Of a stretch of DNA of 64,000 bases, positions 27,001 through 40,050 are shown piece by piece (position 1 is the stretch's first letter; each line of letters opens with the position of its first letter). A program made the translations under genes and the position numbers. The DNA lies in the NCBI GenBank assembly GCA_009103225.1, contig RHPI01001715.1, forward strand, positions 196,606 through 260,605, given 5' to 3'. The DNA is from Chlorokybus atmophyticus. Lineage: Eukaryota; Plantae; Mesostigma and Chlorokybus algae. Under the pieces are notes generated by a model that was given only the letters and a program-made list of their open reading frames with translations, did not search any database and had not been told where the DNA came from.

Positions 27001-27920
27001 TGGTAAAATCATGAGGACACTGCAATGGAGCAGTCTCGTTGTTTGCACAGTGTTGTTGTTGATCGTGTCAATTTTATCAATTCAACGTTGTATCAGTTCA
27101 ACATATCAACAATGTGAATGCTGCACACACACCTGAGCACCAGCCGCACCGATGGGTCTCAAAGCAACATACAGCGCTACAGGCTCATCGCGGACGCCAG
27201 TGTTGGCAACGCTAACATCGGCGCCCACGACGTAGCCCTGATAATCCACGATGTGTAAGCCCCAGACCCCAGACCCATGGCTGATCATGGAAGAACACAG
27301 CTTCAGTCACTACACCTTGTCGCCATTCGGGCCCGTGTACTCAATCTCCGACAGTTCGGAGGTTACCGTCACGTTGGTGTTTGGAATGCCAAAGGTAGTG
27401 TAAGGCACCAGGCAGCCGCCATGCCTCAGACCATGCCAAGACTGCACGACACAAGATTACAGTTGTGAGAAGACTTGTGCCAACGTTGCTGGTTCAACCG
27501 TTGCCATTGTGTTTCAGCAGGTTACTCACCAGCACGCCTTCCTGTGTGGCAGCCACCAGCTGCCCTCTCTCCCGCAAACTGTGCTGGTAAAGCCAGAAGT
27601 AGATGCCGTATGAAGCGAACCCCGGGCTGAGACAAGCAATCATGCAACAAGTCAGCTTCTATCACTGTTAAGCTGGGCAAGGCTACTCACACGATGGACT
27701 CGCACTCTTACCTGAAGTTGCCTTCAGCTTCCACGAAGGTCTTGACCATGTCGAGGGAGTCTGGGACGCCGATGGGGACATGCTTCTTACCCTTGGGGTT
27801 CAGCTGCTGCACGTCTGCCAGAGAGGCGCTGACACTAGTGCCGGCAAGAACGACGACAGCAACGAGGAACAGAAGCTTGGGCAGGGGCGGACGGCAGCCC
27901 GCCCAGCCTGCTCCTGCCAT
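24086..27920 (-). CDS. Signal-peptide-bearing, bacterial-like six-hairpin (alpha/alpha) glycosidase-like protein, multi-exon
   Basis: An N-terminal hydrophobic signal LLFLVAVVVLAGTSVSA is followed by exons with SPGFASYGIYFWLY, YNPFTRDGVYSAL and PEADNPGQVLW. The C-terminal AMPHGWSMAELWHLLRDSLMHEDGDRLVLFAGAPPEWF resembles glycosidase toroid C-termini. The family is not resolved. Confidence 0.6.
26302..26494. repeat. 96-bp tandem duplication containing nested palindromes (intronic)
   Basis: Two near-identical copies start at 26302 and 26398. Each contains GTGTTGTGGCACAACA-TG-TGTTGTGCCACAACAC. Confidence 0.9.
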
Positions 27921-30625
27921 CGGAGCCAGCTGTCTTCTCCAAGCCAGATTGCGTCAGACCCCAGCCCAAGCAGACCAGCTGATCACCTGCAAGTCATACA
28001 CGAGCGGACCAGACGCACAGCAACGCAATTAAGGCCAGGTGGAGGCAGCTACGGGCGGCAAGCTCAATGCTCATAGACCAATGCTGGCCTCTTTTTCCGT
28101 CTTCTTCTTCTCCTCCAGTTCCTCCTGCTAGTCCCGGCTGGCTGTGTGGGAGGTGCAGGATGCACACTGAAAGCGGAAAGCCAGCCCATGCTTAAGAGCA
28201 GCAGCGCCGGCGCCGTCACATCAAGCTTGAGCAACCAGCTGCAGCGTGAGGAGGCCAAGCATAGGTTGCTTTGGCGTCGTTCGAGCGTTGTCCGCCGGAA
28301 CCCTTGCTGTTGATGATGATGTGACGGCCGCCGGCGCGTGAGGCGATGCTGACAACGACAACCTCAAGCACGAGGACCAGCATGCACAAGCAAGCAAGAC
28401 GTGCAAGCGTGCTGGTGTCTCGGCGATGTGACACTTGAGCCGGAGGGAGGGTGCCACCAAGCTGCTTCGCCCTCACCGTTTTGTGTCGCTGCCTGGGCCC
28501 AAGTTCGGAAGTTCCAAGCGCTGCAACTTCCAGTATAGAGGGTCGTCCGAGACGACGACTCGTCCCTCATAACCTACCTTGGGTGGTGCTACCTTGGGTG
28601 GTGTGACACCACTAGTGTGACACCACTGTCAATTACACCGTGTACACCACCAATTGTTGTATCACGCGTGGTCTTCAATGCACCCTTGAATGTTGCAAGC
28701 GCACCTTTGGTCTTGTGAATATCAGATAATACAACTAATAAAGATGGATATTGTATGATGTAATATTTATATTATCAAGTTGTATGAGATTGTACAGCAT
28801 ATTTTCATGTGGCGTTGCTTGTCTACAGGGGAACTCATGGTGGGCATGGGTGTGGCTGCTGCAAGCTTTTGGCGACCTTGGCAAGCTTATCTACTCATGA
28901 TGATGTTTTGTGTTGGCTTTTTTAGAGGTTTGAAGCAACGCGTTTTTTAAGAATGTGTACATGCAATTGTTATGATATTATAGTTGCGTGTACACGCCAA
29001 GTTTGTTAATTATATATATACACATATAAATCACAACATCTGCACATGTTTAATTGTATTTTTTGGGATACAATGGTTATCGTTTACATCGATGTGATGT
29101 TTGGACTGCATGCTTAAAGACACCAAATTACATGTGTAGCATTTGATACCACGTGCATAATGACCAAATGTACATTATGTATAAATTCTAATGAAGCGCA
29201 TCATGATATTGATACCTGTGGTTTTTGGTTTAACAAGTACTTTACATATTCGTATACGTTGTTGTTACGTACCTGTTTTCAATCATGTGAAGTCTGATTA
29301 TAGGTTATGACAGATATACTTTCTATGGATGATATCTATTATTTGATAGCATTCATACAAATTTATGCATGAAGCTAATGTGTGCTTAAGCACAACTTTG
29401 TATCTGCCATATTATTTGGCATGTATATTGTACAAGATACACAACTTACAGCACATGCGGTGCTATGCTATTATGGCCAATTTGCATTGCTTAATTCAAT
29501 AGTCAAAATACATGTAATATGCTATGTGCAACATGATGTGTTTTACATAACGTATGCGATAATCTTTGGCTGAACAGAGTCATCATGTAACATGCAATTT
29601 GTATGAAGCCATGCAACGCACATCACACTTAAACCCAGCCTCACGATGCATAAACTATTGGAAAGCCCATACTATGCATGGGCAATTGCATATCGCATGG
29701 TCTATTACAGATTTTGTAAAAACCTATCTACACAACAATGCCCATAATACCACCGCTAGCGCATTACACCAGCAACCTTGCAACATGTTTTCCACACCAG
29801 AAACTCAGAAGAGGGAATTCATTAAAGTGTACGGGAACGCCCTGCAATAATAGCATCCAATGGTGCACGTACACTTTGCACAATGTTACACTTTGCACAA
29901 TATATGTATCGTAGGCATGCACAATATATGTATTGTAGGCATGCACAGTCACAAGTTACCAGGCACAAGGCATGCACGCTAGCAGGCGCAGACAGACGAC
30001 ATCCGGGGCCTACGCTAAATGCGGTATGTGTATTAAGTGTGAAAATGTGGCGGGGCAATAGGAAGCAGAAGCAGCTGCAAGCAGTAGCTGAAGGACAAAC
30101 CGGTAGTACAGCGGCTGCATGACGCAAATGATGGGCAGGTAAGTCATTAGATTGGCGGGTTGATTGTCAAGATAATGCACATGGCATGACAGAATTGAGG
30201 TACCGTAGCGGGCCATGCGACATCAATACGTAGATGCTAAAGGCGTGCTCCTTGTCACAACTCCAACTTGTATTATAATTGGCACTGCAATGAAGAGCTA
30301 CTCACTTGCAGTATGAAACGTTGAGCGCATGCGGGTGCCATGATCCCAACATGAGGCCGCATACCCTTGAGTAACATTGTAAAACCGTCCGCCGCATACA
30401 ATGAATGCAGCCAACACAGGTCAGCGCGCCTTGAGCCTTGTGCAGCAATTTTTTACAATGCCACACGTACACGTGTGGTGACAATCACTAGCACACACAA
30501 GTATCAAATCTAACCAACAAATCTAATAAACCAAAGTGTCACACGTGGAAAGAAGTTACCGCATAAACAGCGCATAAATGGCTGAAACTGAAATGCTGCA
30601 GTCTGCCATACTGGCGCATACAAAG

Positions 30626-32475
30626 CTATGAATGCCGTTGCTGGAAGTCTTGCATCAGCTCAATCAGCTTGTCAACTCCAGCAACAGGCATAGCATTGTA
30701 TATCGATGCGCGCACGCCTCCCACAGAGCGATGGCCCTTCAGGGAGGACAGGCCAGCCTTGGAAGCTTCCGCAAGGAATGCCTTCTCCAACTCAGGGGTT
30801 GCCATGGTGAATGGCACATTCATCATGGAGCGCACTTCTTTTGCAACGGGGCACTTGTAAAAGCCGTTGCTGCCCTCAATGGCATCATACAGCTTCTGGG
30901 CCTTGGTCTCATTGATCTTCTGCACTGCCTCGATGCCACCTTTCTTCAGAAGGTGCTCAAATACGAGGCCGCAGGTGTAGATGCTGTAAGTGGAAGGCGT
31001 GTTGTACAAGGACTCGTTGTCCGCCATGGTTTTGTAGTCCAACATGACTGGCGTGTACGGCCGAGCTTTGCCCAGCAGGTCGTCGCGCACGATGACCACT
31101 GTGACACCAGCTGCGCCAATGTTCTTCTGCGCGCCAGCGTAGATGATGCCAAACTTGGACACGTCAATGGGCTTTGAGCAGAAATTTGATGACATGTCAG
31201 CCACCAAGCACTTGTGCTCGGGATAGTCCTTGAACTCAACACCCTGTATGGTCTCATTCGCGCAAATGTGCAGATAGGTAGCATCTGAGCTGAGGTTCCA
31301 TTCGCTCTTGGGCGGGATGTTGGTGAACTTGCCAGGCTTGCCAGTGGCAACAACATTTACCTACAGCCAAGCAACCAAGTCAGTAACGGTGGAAGCATAT
31401 GAGTGCGAGCGCACACACGCATTCATACATGCACCCGCATGCACACATGCGCGTGGGTGTACGAGGGTGCAAAGGCACGCGCGTACATGCATGCTACGCC
31501 TGCGTGCTAAGATACACGCACACACTCGCATATGCACCCATGCACACTCGAACACAAACATACAAGCACACAGACATGCAAGCTTTTGAAGAACCGAGCA
31601 CCTTGCAATACTTGTTTGCCTCCTCAACACCCTTAACACTCCACGAGCCGGTAACAAGGTAATCCACGGTGTCGTCTTTGGCAGTGATGTTGAGGGGAAC
31701 AGCGGCGAACTGCGTGGTGGCGCCGCCCTGCAGGAACAGCACCTTGTAGTTGTCCGGAATGGACAACAGCGTGCGCAAGTCCACCTCCGCCTTCTGAATG
31801 ATGGAGGTGAACTCCTTCCCCCTGTGGCTCATCTCCATCACGGACATGCCGCTACCTCTCCAGTTGAGCATCTCCTCCTGCACATGCATGTGTGTCTCAT
31901 CAGAGAGGTTCGTTGCTTGGTAAGGTGGCAACAGTGAAAGAACTGCAATGCTTGACATACTTTTCTGATTACTACGCACATGCCATGAGTAGCATTTGCA
32001 GCCACAGAGCAAATACTAACTTGCGCATGACGCTATGCCACAGCTGCCCTATGGGCAGGGCTGCCTTTAGCTTGCCATTCAACGCAACGGCAAGCTGAAG
32101 GGCGGATAGACAACTGGCAAGTAGCGAAAAAACAGAAAATGCATGCTTTCTTGTTTGCATGCGTGCACCCACCTGAGCCTGTAGCAGCACTTCGACGGGC
32201 AGGCAGGCAGGCCCAGCGGAGAAGTTGTACACGCGCTGGTGCTGTTCGTATAGGGCGGCGGTGTGAGCGTCGCTGTCGTCATCCCGGGAGGCGGCAACCT
32301 GCTCCCGCGGCGCAGCCACAGCACACCTGGTGATGGTTGCTGTTCTGTCCGCGGACCGCACCACCTTGGGCACCCTTACAGCCAGCGACGCTGCGCTCTG
32401 CTGCTTGCTGCTGCCCAGCTCAAGGCGAGAGCCGGTAGCATACCCACCACGCACGACCCGCGCCGCCGCCTGCAT
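30626..32475 (-). CDS. PSAT1: Phosphoserine aminotransferase, plastid-targeted
   Basis: A transit peptide precedes [50 protein letters not shown] and [20 protein letters not shown] at 30626-30628. Confidence 0.97.
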
Positions 32476-33079
32476 GGCTGCCAGCTCTCACCACCAACGC
32501 AACAGCCGCCGCTGCCGCCGCCGCCGCTTTGGTGCGTAACAAACTGCAGTAAATTGCGAATGTTGCAACGTTCTGTGGGTTTTGAGGAAACCTCCGTTTG
32601 TATTGGTGGTTTCGCATAATTGTGTGCACAAGGCGCACAAGCGGACTTGTGCATGTGTGTACGATCTCGTGGTAGAACGACGGCTCGCTGATCACGCTGG
32701 ACCCACCTAGGTGAGCATTGCATGGGTTCATGCATGCTTGTGCATGTGTGTGAGTGCGTTTACTCGGGATCAACAAAGATTTGAGAGGAGCAAAATGAAG
32801 GACTGCCTAGACTTCAGGCCTTTTAGTCGGCGAAGTTGTGGAGCATAGCTTGTTTCAGAAAGGCTCCCAGTGCTCAAGCTGCTTGCCATTGCTGATGGTC
32901 GTGCGTGTGATGAAGCACTGGCCGACGCAGTCCGTCAGGTTTATTCTAGGTTTATTCTTGTTCGTTGTGCATGAGCACAGTATTTGCTTAGGGGCATGCG
33001 CCACACAGCTATGTTTCAACAATGTGCGCGTGGACGTTGCTTGCTTTCTGTAATGTTTCAGCAGTCATTATAGTGCAAT

Positions 33080-34900
33080 TAGCCGAGATTTGCCAGCAAA
33101 GCAACCAGGTCACTTATGGTCATTGAAAAAAGCATTTGAGTATGGCGCTGCGCTATGCGTGTGCACGCAAACTCCCAGCTGGTTACGTATGTGCAGCTTG
33201 TTATCACACTGTGCAACACACGCACTGTATCGTCAACAGCACGAACGCACTTTTGTGCAATGTTCCTCGAGGCTAACACTCCATACAAACTGCTTCGTGG
33301 CGTAAGTCAGGTCGCTCGTGCATGCGGTGTGTTGTCCAGACTAACATTGCTACTTCTCACACACATAGATGCAACATCTTGCTAGCATGTACAATAGAAA
33401 AAATGTCGCTGAGGCTCCTACTCTGGAACGGATCAGCCTGTGCAGTACAGCTAAGCTAGACAACAGCCTGGAGCTACCCACGCTGTTGAGAAGCTACACT
33501 TGCAGCTGTTGTTTGACGGATTGTGTAGTCAGGACATGTGTGCTTACTGCACCAGCTGCGCAGGGTGATAGTGATGACTGATGACAAGGCTGCAACTACC
33601 AGGGACGGTTGTGATTGAGCCCGCCAGTGATGAAGATTACTGTTGTAATATTCCTCCAAGCAAGCCAGCACGTCAATCCGCGGCCAGCCACATACACAGG
33701 CCTGGCATTGGTGCTGGGGTCATTCGGTCAATCCTCACGCATGGCGCAAACTCAAGCGGCCGCGCAAGCAACGAGCTCAGGCAAATAGGCACCTGCAAAG
33801 CGCTTACGGGCATTGTAACTGCTTGCTTGCATGTTCCGGAAACCCTGGACCCCGCTTCAAGCGCTGCCAAGGTAGTGTTGTATGCGCAAGTCACGATTGT
33901 CGCTGTTTTCACTTTTGATATGCTGTGCACAATTTTGGCTATGTAGTCGTCAAGTGCCTCTGCAGCTGTAGCTGCTTGCGAAGTTCGGCTGCAAGCACAC
34001 CAACTCAAGTAGAAAGAACTTGAAGAGCATGCGTGTGATTATAAGTCAAGCATGTGTGCGTGCATGCACATATGTGCGTGCACTGTGGCATGCGTAGCAT
34101 TGCGAGGGGATGTGCACACATATGCATATGCGTGCGCATGCATGTGGGCCAGCATGCGTATGTGGGTGCATGGGTGCATGCGTGACATAGCCAGCCACCT
34201 GACCTTGTGTTGACAACCAATGAGCCAGTAGCTAATTGATTGTCTAATGCTCGTCGCCCAACACCAGTGGGTGCCATCAGTTGATTTATCATGTTGCATG
34301 ATATGTCTTGTTGTTCATCGGCACAGTCGTTTGGCTCTCCTCCGAAGGCTCGTGCGTTGTTCCATACATCCAGCACAGCGAAGCACAAGGACTCCATTGC
34401 TGTGGCCGGCACTGCCACTGCTAATGAAGGTAATCGTCTCCAGCTCGGACCATCATGAATACAACCTTACTATCACGCTATGACATTTGCAGCACAGAGC
34501 GTGACAAGTGACACTGCACTTCAACTCTCCTGTGAATGCAGCACTCGTCAACAACCGGAGAGGTCTGCATTTGTAAGTGTACACACTCGCATACACATGG
34601 ATATATGCAGACGCCCCACACGCCCCACACACCCAAACATACACGTTGACCCGTCCAGCAATTGGCGTACTTGTGGCAACTCAGCACGGCCCGAAGCGTA
34701 CTTAATTCTTTCTTCATTCAAGGCCACTCGTACACGTTGCAACAATAAACTTTGCCATTTACTTTTGGTTCAAGTTCATGATGGAGGTGACGACCTCCGT
34801 CACGAGGGCTTCCTCGCAATCGAGGACGTCCTCCTGAGCCTGCTTGTCGCTGCCTGCAATGTTACTTTTGGACTGTTGGGTTTGCCGTTGGCTTGAGTGG
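33080..34900 (-). pseudogene. Degraded, unidentified spliced ORF fragments
   Basis: Protein-like fragments (QEDVLDCEEALVTEVVTSIMNLNQK; AEALDDYIAKIVHSISKVK) are separated by intron-like CA/TG tracts. No family was recognised. Confidence 0.25.
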
Positions 34901-34907
34901 ACTGACG

Positions 34908-35075
34908 CAGACGGCCGCAGGCCGAGAGTGGTTGTCAGTGGCACTAACCGGCCGAGAGTTGTCAATCAGTTACCCTTTGGTCGATGTGCACAGACGGCCG
35001 TTGGCCGGTAGTTACGGACAGCTGACAGAAATAGCCGGCAGCTTCTTTACCGTTACACTGCTGTTAATATGTGAC
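34908..35075. repeat. Imperfect ~83-bp tandem repeat, candidate left subterminal region
   Basis: CAGACGGCCG occurs at 34908 and 34991, and GGCCGAGAGT occurs twice. The rest of the unit is only partly similar. Confidence 0.4.
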
Positions 35076-35334
35076 CCTTGCCGTTTGACAAAAGTTGGCA
35101 ATTCTTGCCGTAAGCCAACACCAACATGCCATGCAGCTTGTACAAACCTTGGACTGATTGTTTGGTCTTGCACCTAAAAGCCCACAATATATACAATGTA
35201 CGGGCAGTGGTGAGAGTATGTCCACTTACAACTGAGCAGCCGACTTGCGCATGAAACTATCCTATAACATTGAGTCTAGCTGTCGGACTCATGCGCAGCT
35301 TGTCAACCCGTGGTGCCTGCCTTAGAACTCCTCC

Positions 35335-36189
35335 TCAAACCCCCTCCTCCTGTTCCTCCTCCGACGAGTCTTCTGCTTCAACGCCGGAGTCATCTTCATC
35401 CGCTGCCTCGCTCGCTGACAGTACAGCGGCTACTTCGTCCTTCAGCTTGAATGTCAGCGCCTCGCCGTGCACGCGCATGCGCTTGATGGTCGCTTTGAGA
35501 GTGACCACCTGCATTTGGTAATGCTGTAAGAGTGGCGTGCTGCCAGAGGACTAGCCCATCAGCATACACATGCTTACCTCGTCTTCCGCTTTGTTGCACT
35601 CCGCCAGGCAGACAGTCAGCCTGCCGCGCTGCTCTTGGTTCACTCTGACCAACATGGCAATCTGCAAGCATACTGCTTAATTACCGCTGGAAACATTAAA
35701 CTAGGTCATAGATTACCCGTTCGTTTGACTCCGCAGCTTCTCTTTTGCGACTTGTGAGCTCCCGCAAGTAGAAATAGGCTGTGCATTTGCGCGATTGGTC
35801 ATGCTGTTCATGTGCATGACATTGGAGGTTGTGCATGAGGTTGTGCATGTCGTATTGACAATGTATGTCAAGTGCAAGATACTTGAGGCTGTGCATGTGC
35901 AAGATAAAAGAACTCTAGCATGTGGCATTGACAGTGCATCGTAACCCACCTTGGTTATGCCAGTCTTGTTTCGTCCCTTCAATCATGTCGCCATGGTCGC
36001 AATGTTGGTGGGTCGGATTTTCTTACAGGCAGTATTGTGGTGTGTCTTTGCCCACTCGGAGGGGGAGCCCTGTAAGATATTGCCCGAGTCACTGTTGTCA
36101 TTGGATGTGCCCTTGGTAGTCTTGGTGGGGTTTGACACCGAGGACACCCCTCCGGCACCCTGCCCGCCCTGTGCGAACATGGAATTCAT
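35335..36189 (-). pseudogene. Unknown spliced element ORF with acidic C-terminus and one in-frame TGA
   Basis: It reads MNSMFAQGG...MAT*LKGRNKTGITK|HDQSRKCTAYFYLREL...ESNER|IAMLVRVNQEQ...AEDE|VVTLKATIKRM...EEEQEEGV*. The exons join in phase 0 over GT-AG introns. Confidence 0.55.
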
Positions 36190-36350
36190 CCCGGACCTCG
36201 ACCACAATGCCCACTACGCCCCTGGCAGCGCCGCCAACGATCTCCCAAACGCCACATACCCTTGGCATCACGCCCCTGTAAGGGCATAGCTTGGCGGAGC
36301 TATCAATGGTGTTTTCATGCGCAGGGGGACTGACATTGCCAGAGTTGTCA

Positions 36351-36549
36351 ATGGTACGAACTGCCATTGCCATTGTACAAAGGTACCATTTCAATGGTAC
36401 CTGTGTACAATGCCTATACCTTTTGGCAAAGGCATCTTCGTACCATTGAAACGGTTCAATCAGAATATATATGTATATATAAATATTCAGAGACTCACCC
36501 TGGACGTGCAATGGCTCGATCGTACCATTATAATGGTACGACGGAGCCA
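36351..36549. promoter_or_regulatory. Cluster of GTACCAT/ATGGTAC sites in a divergent intergenic region
   Basis: Paired palindromes GGTACCATT-TC-AATGGTACC (36382-36401) and TCGTACCATTATAATGGTACGA (36520-36541), with half-sites at 36351 and 36438. The regulatory role is inferred. Confidence 0.6.
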
Positions 36550-36615
36550 GTGACTGGCGGCCAAGTTTCCCGCCTCTGGCATGCAAGGGTAGCGGTAGCG
36601 GTGGCGGTGGCATGG

Positions 36616-39600
36616 ATGGCGGCGGCGGCGGCGGCGGCGGCGGGTGTGCGTGTTGCTGGATATGATGCAGGTTACATTGGCGACACCTGTGTCGACGCTA
36701 TTAGTGAGATATGGGAGTCCTTTCTCCGTTTTGCCATGCGCTTCGCCACACGCAGCTCGGTCTACATGCACATCATTAGCAGCAGGGTGTGCAAGCAAAC
36801 CAAGCTGTATGTCGGCCAGCGTCCATTACAGTTCGATGCGGGTCATGTTGAACCGCGGAGTTCGATCCAGGATGCGCACATGCTTGATGCTGAAGGATTC
36901 CTCTAGGAGACACACGCACAGCAGCAACAGGAGGAGGAGGAAGCGAACGATGGCTTTGTGTGCGTGTGCCTGAGAAACCTGTGGCACGCCAACATGGAAG
37001 TGGAGGCGTCCCTTCGCACGCGTCGGAATCAAGGTGGTATGGCTCGGAGCATGCTCTTGCAGTGGCATTCGTGCAGTGCAACAACGGCCAAGGCCTGTCG
37101 GCCTCCGACATGGGGCGGATCATCAAGTGCATCCGAAATGCACACTTCCTGACGGAAGAGCTCCAGTGGGAGACCGGTGTGCATGCGGCCAGCTACCTCC
37201 GGACCACAGTTGCTTTCTCTCAGTCTGAAGTGTGTTCACGGTGTGCGGTGCATGTGCTTCAACCATCAGAGCCTTGTCACATATGCACATGCGAGTGTGC
37301 TGCCGTATCAGAACTACGTGACGGCTGACCTGCGCAAGCCTGGAGACCCTGAGGATCAGGACATCTGCGTCACATATATGCCGGCCAAGGTCTGTGAAAT
37401 GCAGTACCTAATGCAGTATCGATGCAGTATCTATTCTGAGGCCAGCATAGTAAGTAATGCTCTTGGTCGGATCAGGTATGGCTCGCGCGGTTGTATGGCA
37501 ATCCACATGCCGCCAATGGCTTCAATCTCCAGTACACTGGTGACGAGCACAGCTTTGGCCATCCTTCCACGGGCGATTGGTGGAAGGATGTGGAGGTGGA
37601 TTTGAGGAGAGAGGTGGGGGAAGCGTCCTACTTGGCGCCTGCCATTCTGTACAGTGACAAGACCACGCTGGACAGCGCGGGCAAGCGCTCTGGCTACCCT
37701 CTGATGGCATCGCTTGCCAACTACAGTTGGGACATGTATGCTAGCAACATGGGGGTTGTTATGATAGCGCTTCTGCCGGTGGTTCACGCAGTGGCCGGGC
37801 ATCCCACCTGGGCGCATGGCAAGGAATCGTTCTCCATTCGGAAACGTGAGATTTTTCATGACGCTTTGAATGTTGTGTTAGGGGATGTGAAGCGGGCGAG
37901 TTGGGAAGGTCTGCAGCTCATCGACCCGAATGGCATCGAGCGTCGTGTGTTTCCCGCGCTTGCCAACTACATCAGCGATTTGCAGGTAGTGGGCATGAAT
38001 GGTTGTAACCGGATGCAGCCCGCCAGCAAACAGTGCATGGAGGAAGTTGTCAGTAGACCATCTGAGTTTGTCGTGTTGTAGGAGACTGCCACACTCGCAC
38101 GCACTGTGTCGGGCAACCAAACACGACATCTTTGCGATGTTTGTCTCGTCACCAAATCAGATCTGTTGGAGATGGATGAGGACCGGGAATTGAGAACCGA
38201 GGCCTTCTACACACCAGCAATACGTCAGCTGCGGGCGGACCTGCATAGCGGTGTTAGGAATGCTTGCCACACAGCCAAGGCTTTCAAAGAGCAGCACTCC
38301 ATGCATGTCGAGGAGGTAATGGTCATATTACTGGCATTCGTGAGGATGAATGGCTTTCCGTGAAACCAGGCAATGTGGTTTGGCAACAGAATGCACTGTG
38401 GGGTTGGCGACAGTCGCGGGTGCCGGGAGCTGACTGCTACTCTCGTCTTGCCCCTGACGCAATGCATGTGCTGGGAGGCATCATTGACCACCTGCTTGCT
38501 GCTGTGTACGACGCCGCGAAGGAACGAATGCGTCCATCCACGAGACAAATTCTGCAGGCCAGGCACGTCTTTGGTGTTGCTTTTGTGTTGAACACAAAAG
38601 CCAACAACACGTGCTCACGAGCAGATGTGCACAGGCTGAATGCATGCAAAGCGACTCTGCGGGTTTCGCACTTTAAGGCACCCACAAGCACAGTAGATTT
38701 CTTCCTGTCCGACCACTCCTTTCAGGTGGTGGAGAAAGTGGCGGTGCTGCAGCTGCTGCCGGTCCTCGCAGACGGTTTGCTGCTCGACAGTGAGGGCAAC
38801 GATTTCTTCACCATTGCTGCCGCATCGCTTGCCCAGTGGAACAAGAAGTTGCTGAAGGCGCATGAACACACAAGAGAGACCCTAACCGCAGCCGACAACG
38901 AGCTGGCTGCCTTCAAAGCTGCAGTGCTGCATCCGCTACTGTCGTCATATTCTGCACAGAAGTCAGGTTGAAAGATCGAGAAGATGCATCAGCTCACTCA
39001 TTTTGGGCCGGCAATTGTCAGCAGTGGACACCCAGATTGGTTCAGCGCCAACCGCATGGAGCAGACGCACGCCCAAAATATCAAACGGTGGGCGCGTGGT
39101 GGCAACAACCGGGACTACCAGGCACGTATCCTGAAGGCATGGAGCTGTGCGGAATATGTGAGAGAGGATGGCATGGTCGTGGATCCCGAGATGCGCTCGG
39201 TCATGGCGCAGGCGCGGCAGCAGTGCTGTAATGTCATGGAGAAGACGGACAAGTTGCTACGGATGGATGTGCTGACAAGGAGGGAGTCCAGCCCGTACTG
39301 GAGCGGATCTGCGCGTAGCCGCCAAGTCGCCTTGAAGACTCCATTTGCCGACAAGCTGCCTGCCACCCTGGACAGCTGGTTGAGGAGGGAACAACTGTAG
39401 TTAGCCGACGGGTGGCGTGCTGTTCGCGTGGTGAACGGAGGCGCAGCGGTGTACATGACATCAGGAGTCAGCATGGCGCGCGCAACTGGGATGTTCCATG
39501 GGCGGCCTTGGTTCTCTACACTTGAGTTGGAAGGTGATGAGGACGGTGTGAACGTGACGTGGTGGGCTCAGGCACTCCTTTTTCTGCGCGTGGTGGTGTG

Positions 39601-39847
39601 GGGTGGTAGCGGCGAGCGCGTGTGGAAGGAGGTCGTGTTTGTCCGCTGGTACACGAAGCTGGATGTGACGAGCGACACAAAGTGCATCGCTCTGGAATGG
39701 GAAAAGCGTCGAGGCGGTCCACATCTCGATGTCGTGACTCTGGAGCAAGTAAAAGGCATTGTCCAGCTGCTCCCCATGTTTGACAAGGACAGCGCCCGTG
39801 TACAAGAGGGCAAGTATTGGGTGAACGTTCACTGCACTTCCACGTGA
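36616..39847 (+). pseudogene. Plavaka-family transposase, spliced, with in-frame nonsense codons
   Basis: Motifs LAPAILYSDKTTLDSAGKRSGYPLMASLAN, FHDALNVVLG...GLQLIDPNGIERRVFPALANYISDLQ|E, CDVC, PDAMHVLGGIIDHL, KIEKMHQLTHF...G...FSANRMEQTH and a C-terminal FHGRPWFS...FVRWY...IVQLLPMF...YWVN match the Plavaka pattern. In-frame TGA at 38969 and TAG at 39398, probably also TAG at 36904. Confidence 0.85.
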
Positions 39848-40050
39848 CACATGTACTTGTTCCACTACTCTGAGTTTGGAGCATATCAGTCAGTTAGGCA
39901 TTGCTAATTGTATGCTAAGACTTTTGCATGTGGACGTGCACAATACCGGGCAGCTGTCACTGCACAACTGTCACCACAAACGAATGATCCATGCAACATT
40001 CAACAATCAGTCCGCCGTGTGGCATTAAGCATCAATACAGTGCACCACAC

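Noticed and set aside
28573-28627. Short direct repeats CTACCTTGGGTGGTG x2 and GTGTGACACCACT x2 as a transposon end
   Set aside because: I found no matching partner end or TSD. Local slippage duplication explains them.
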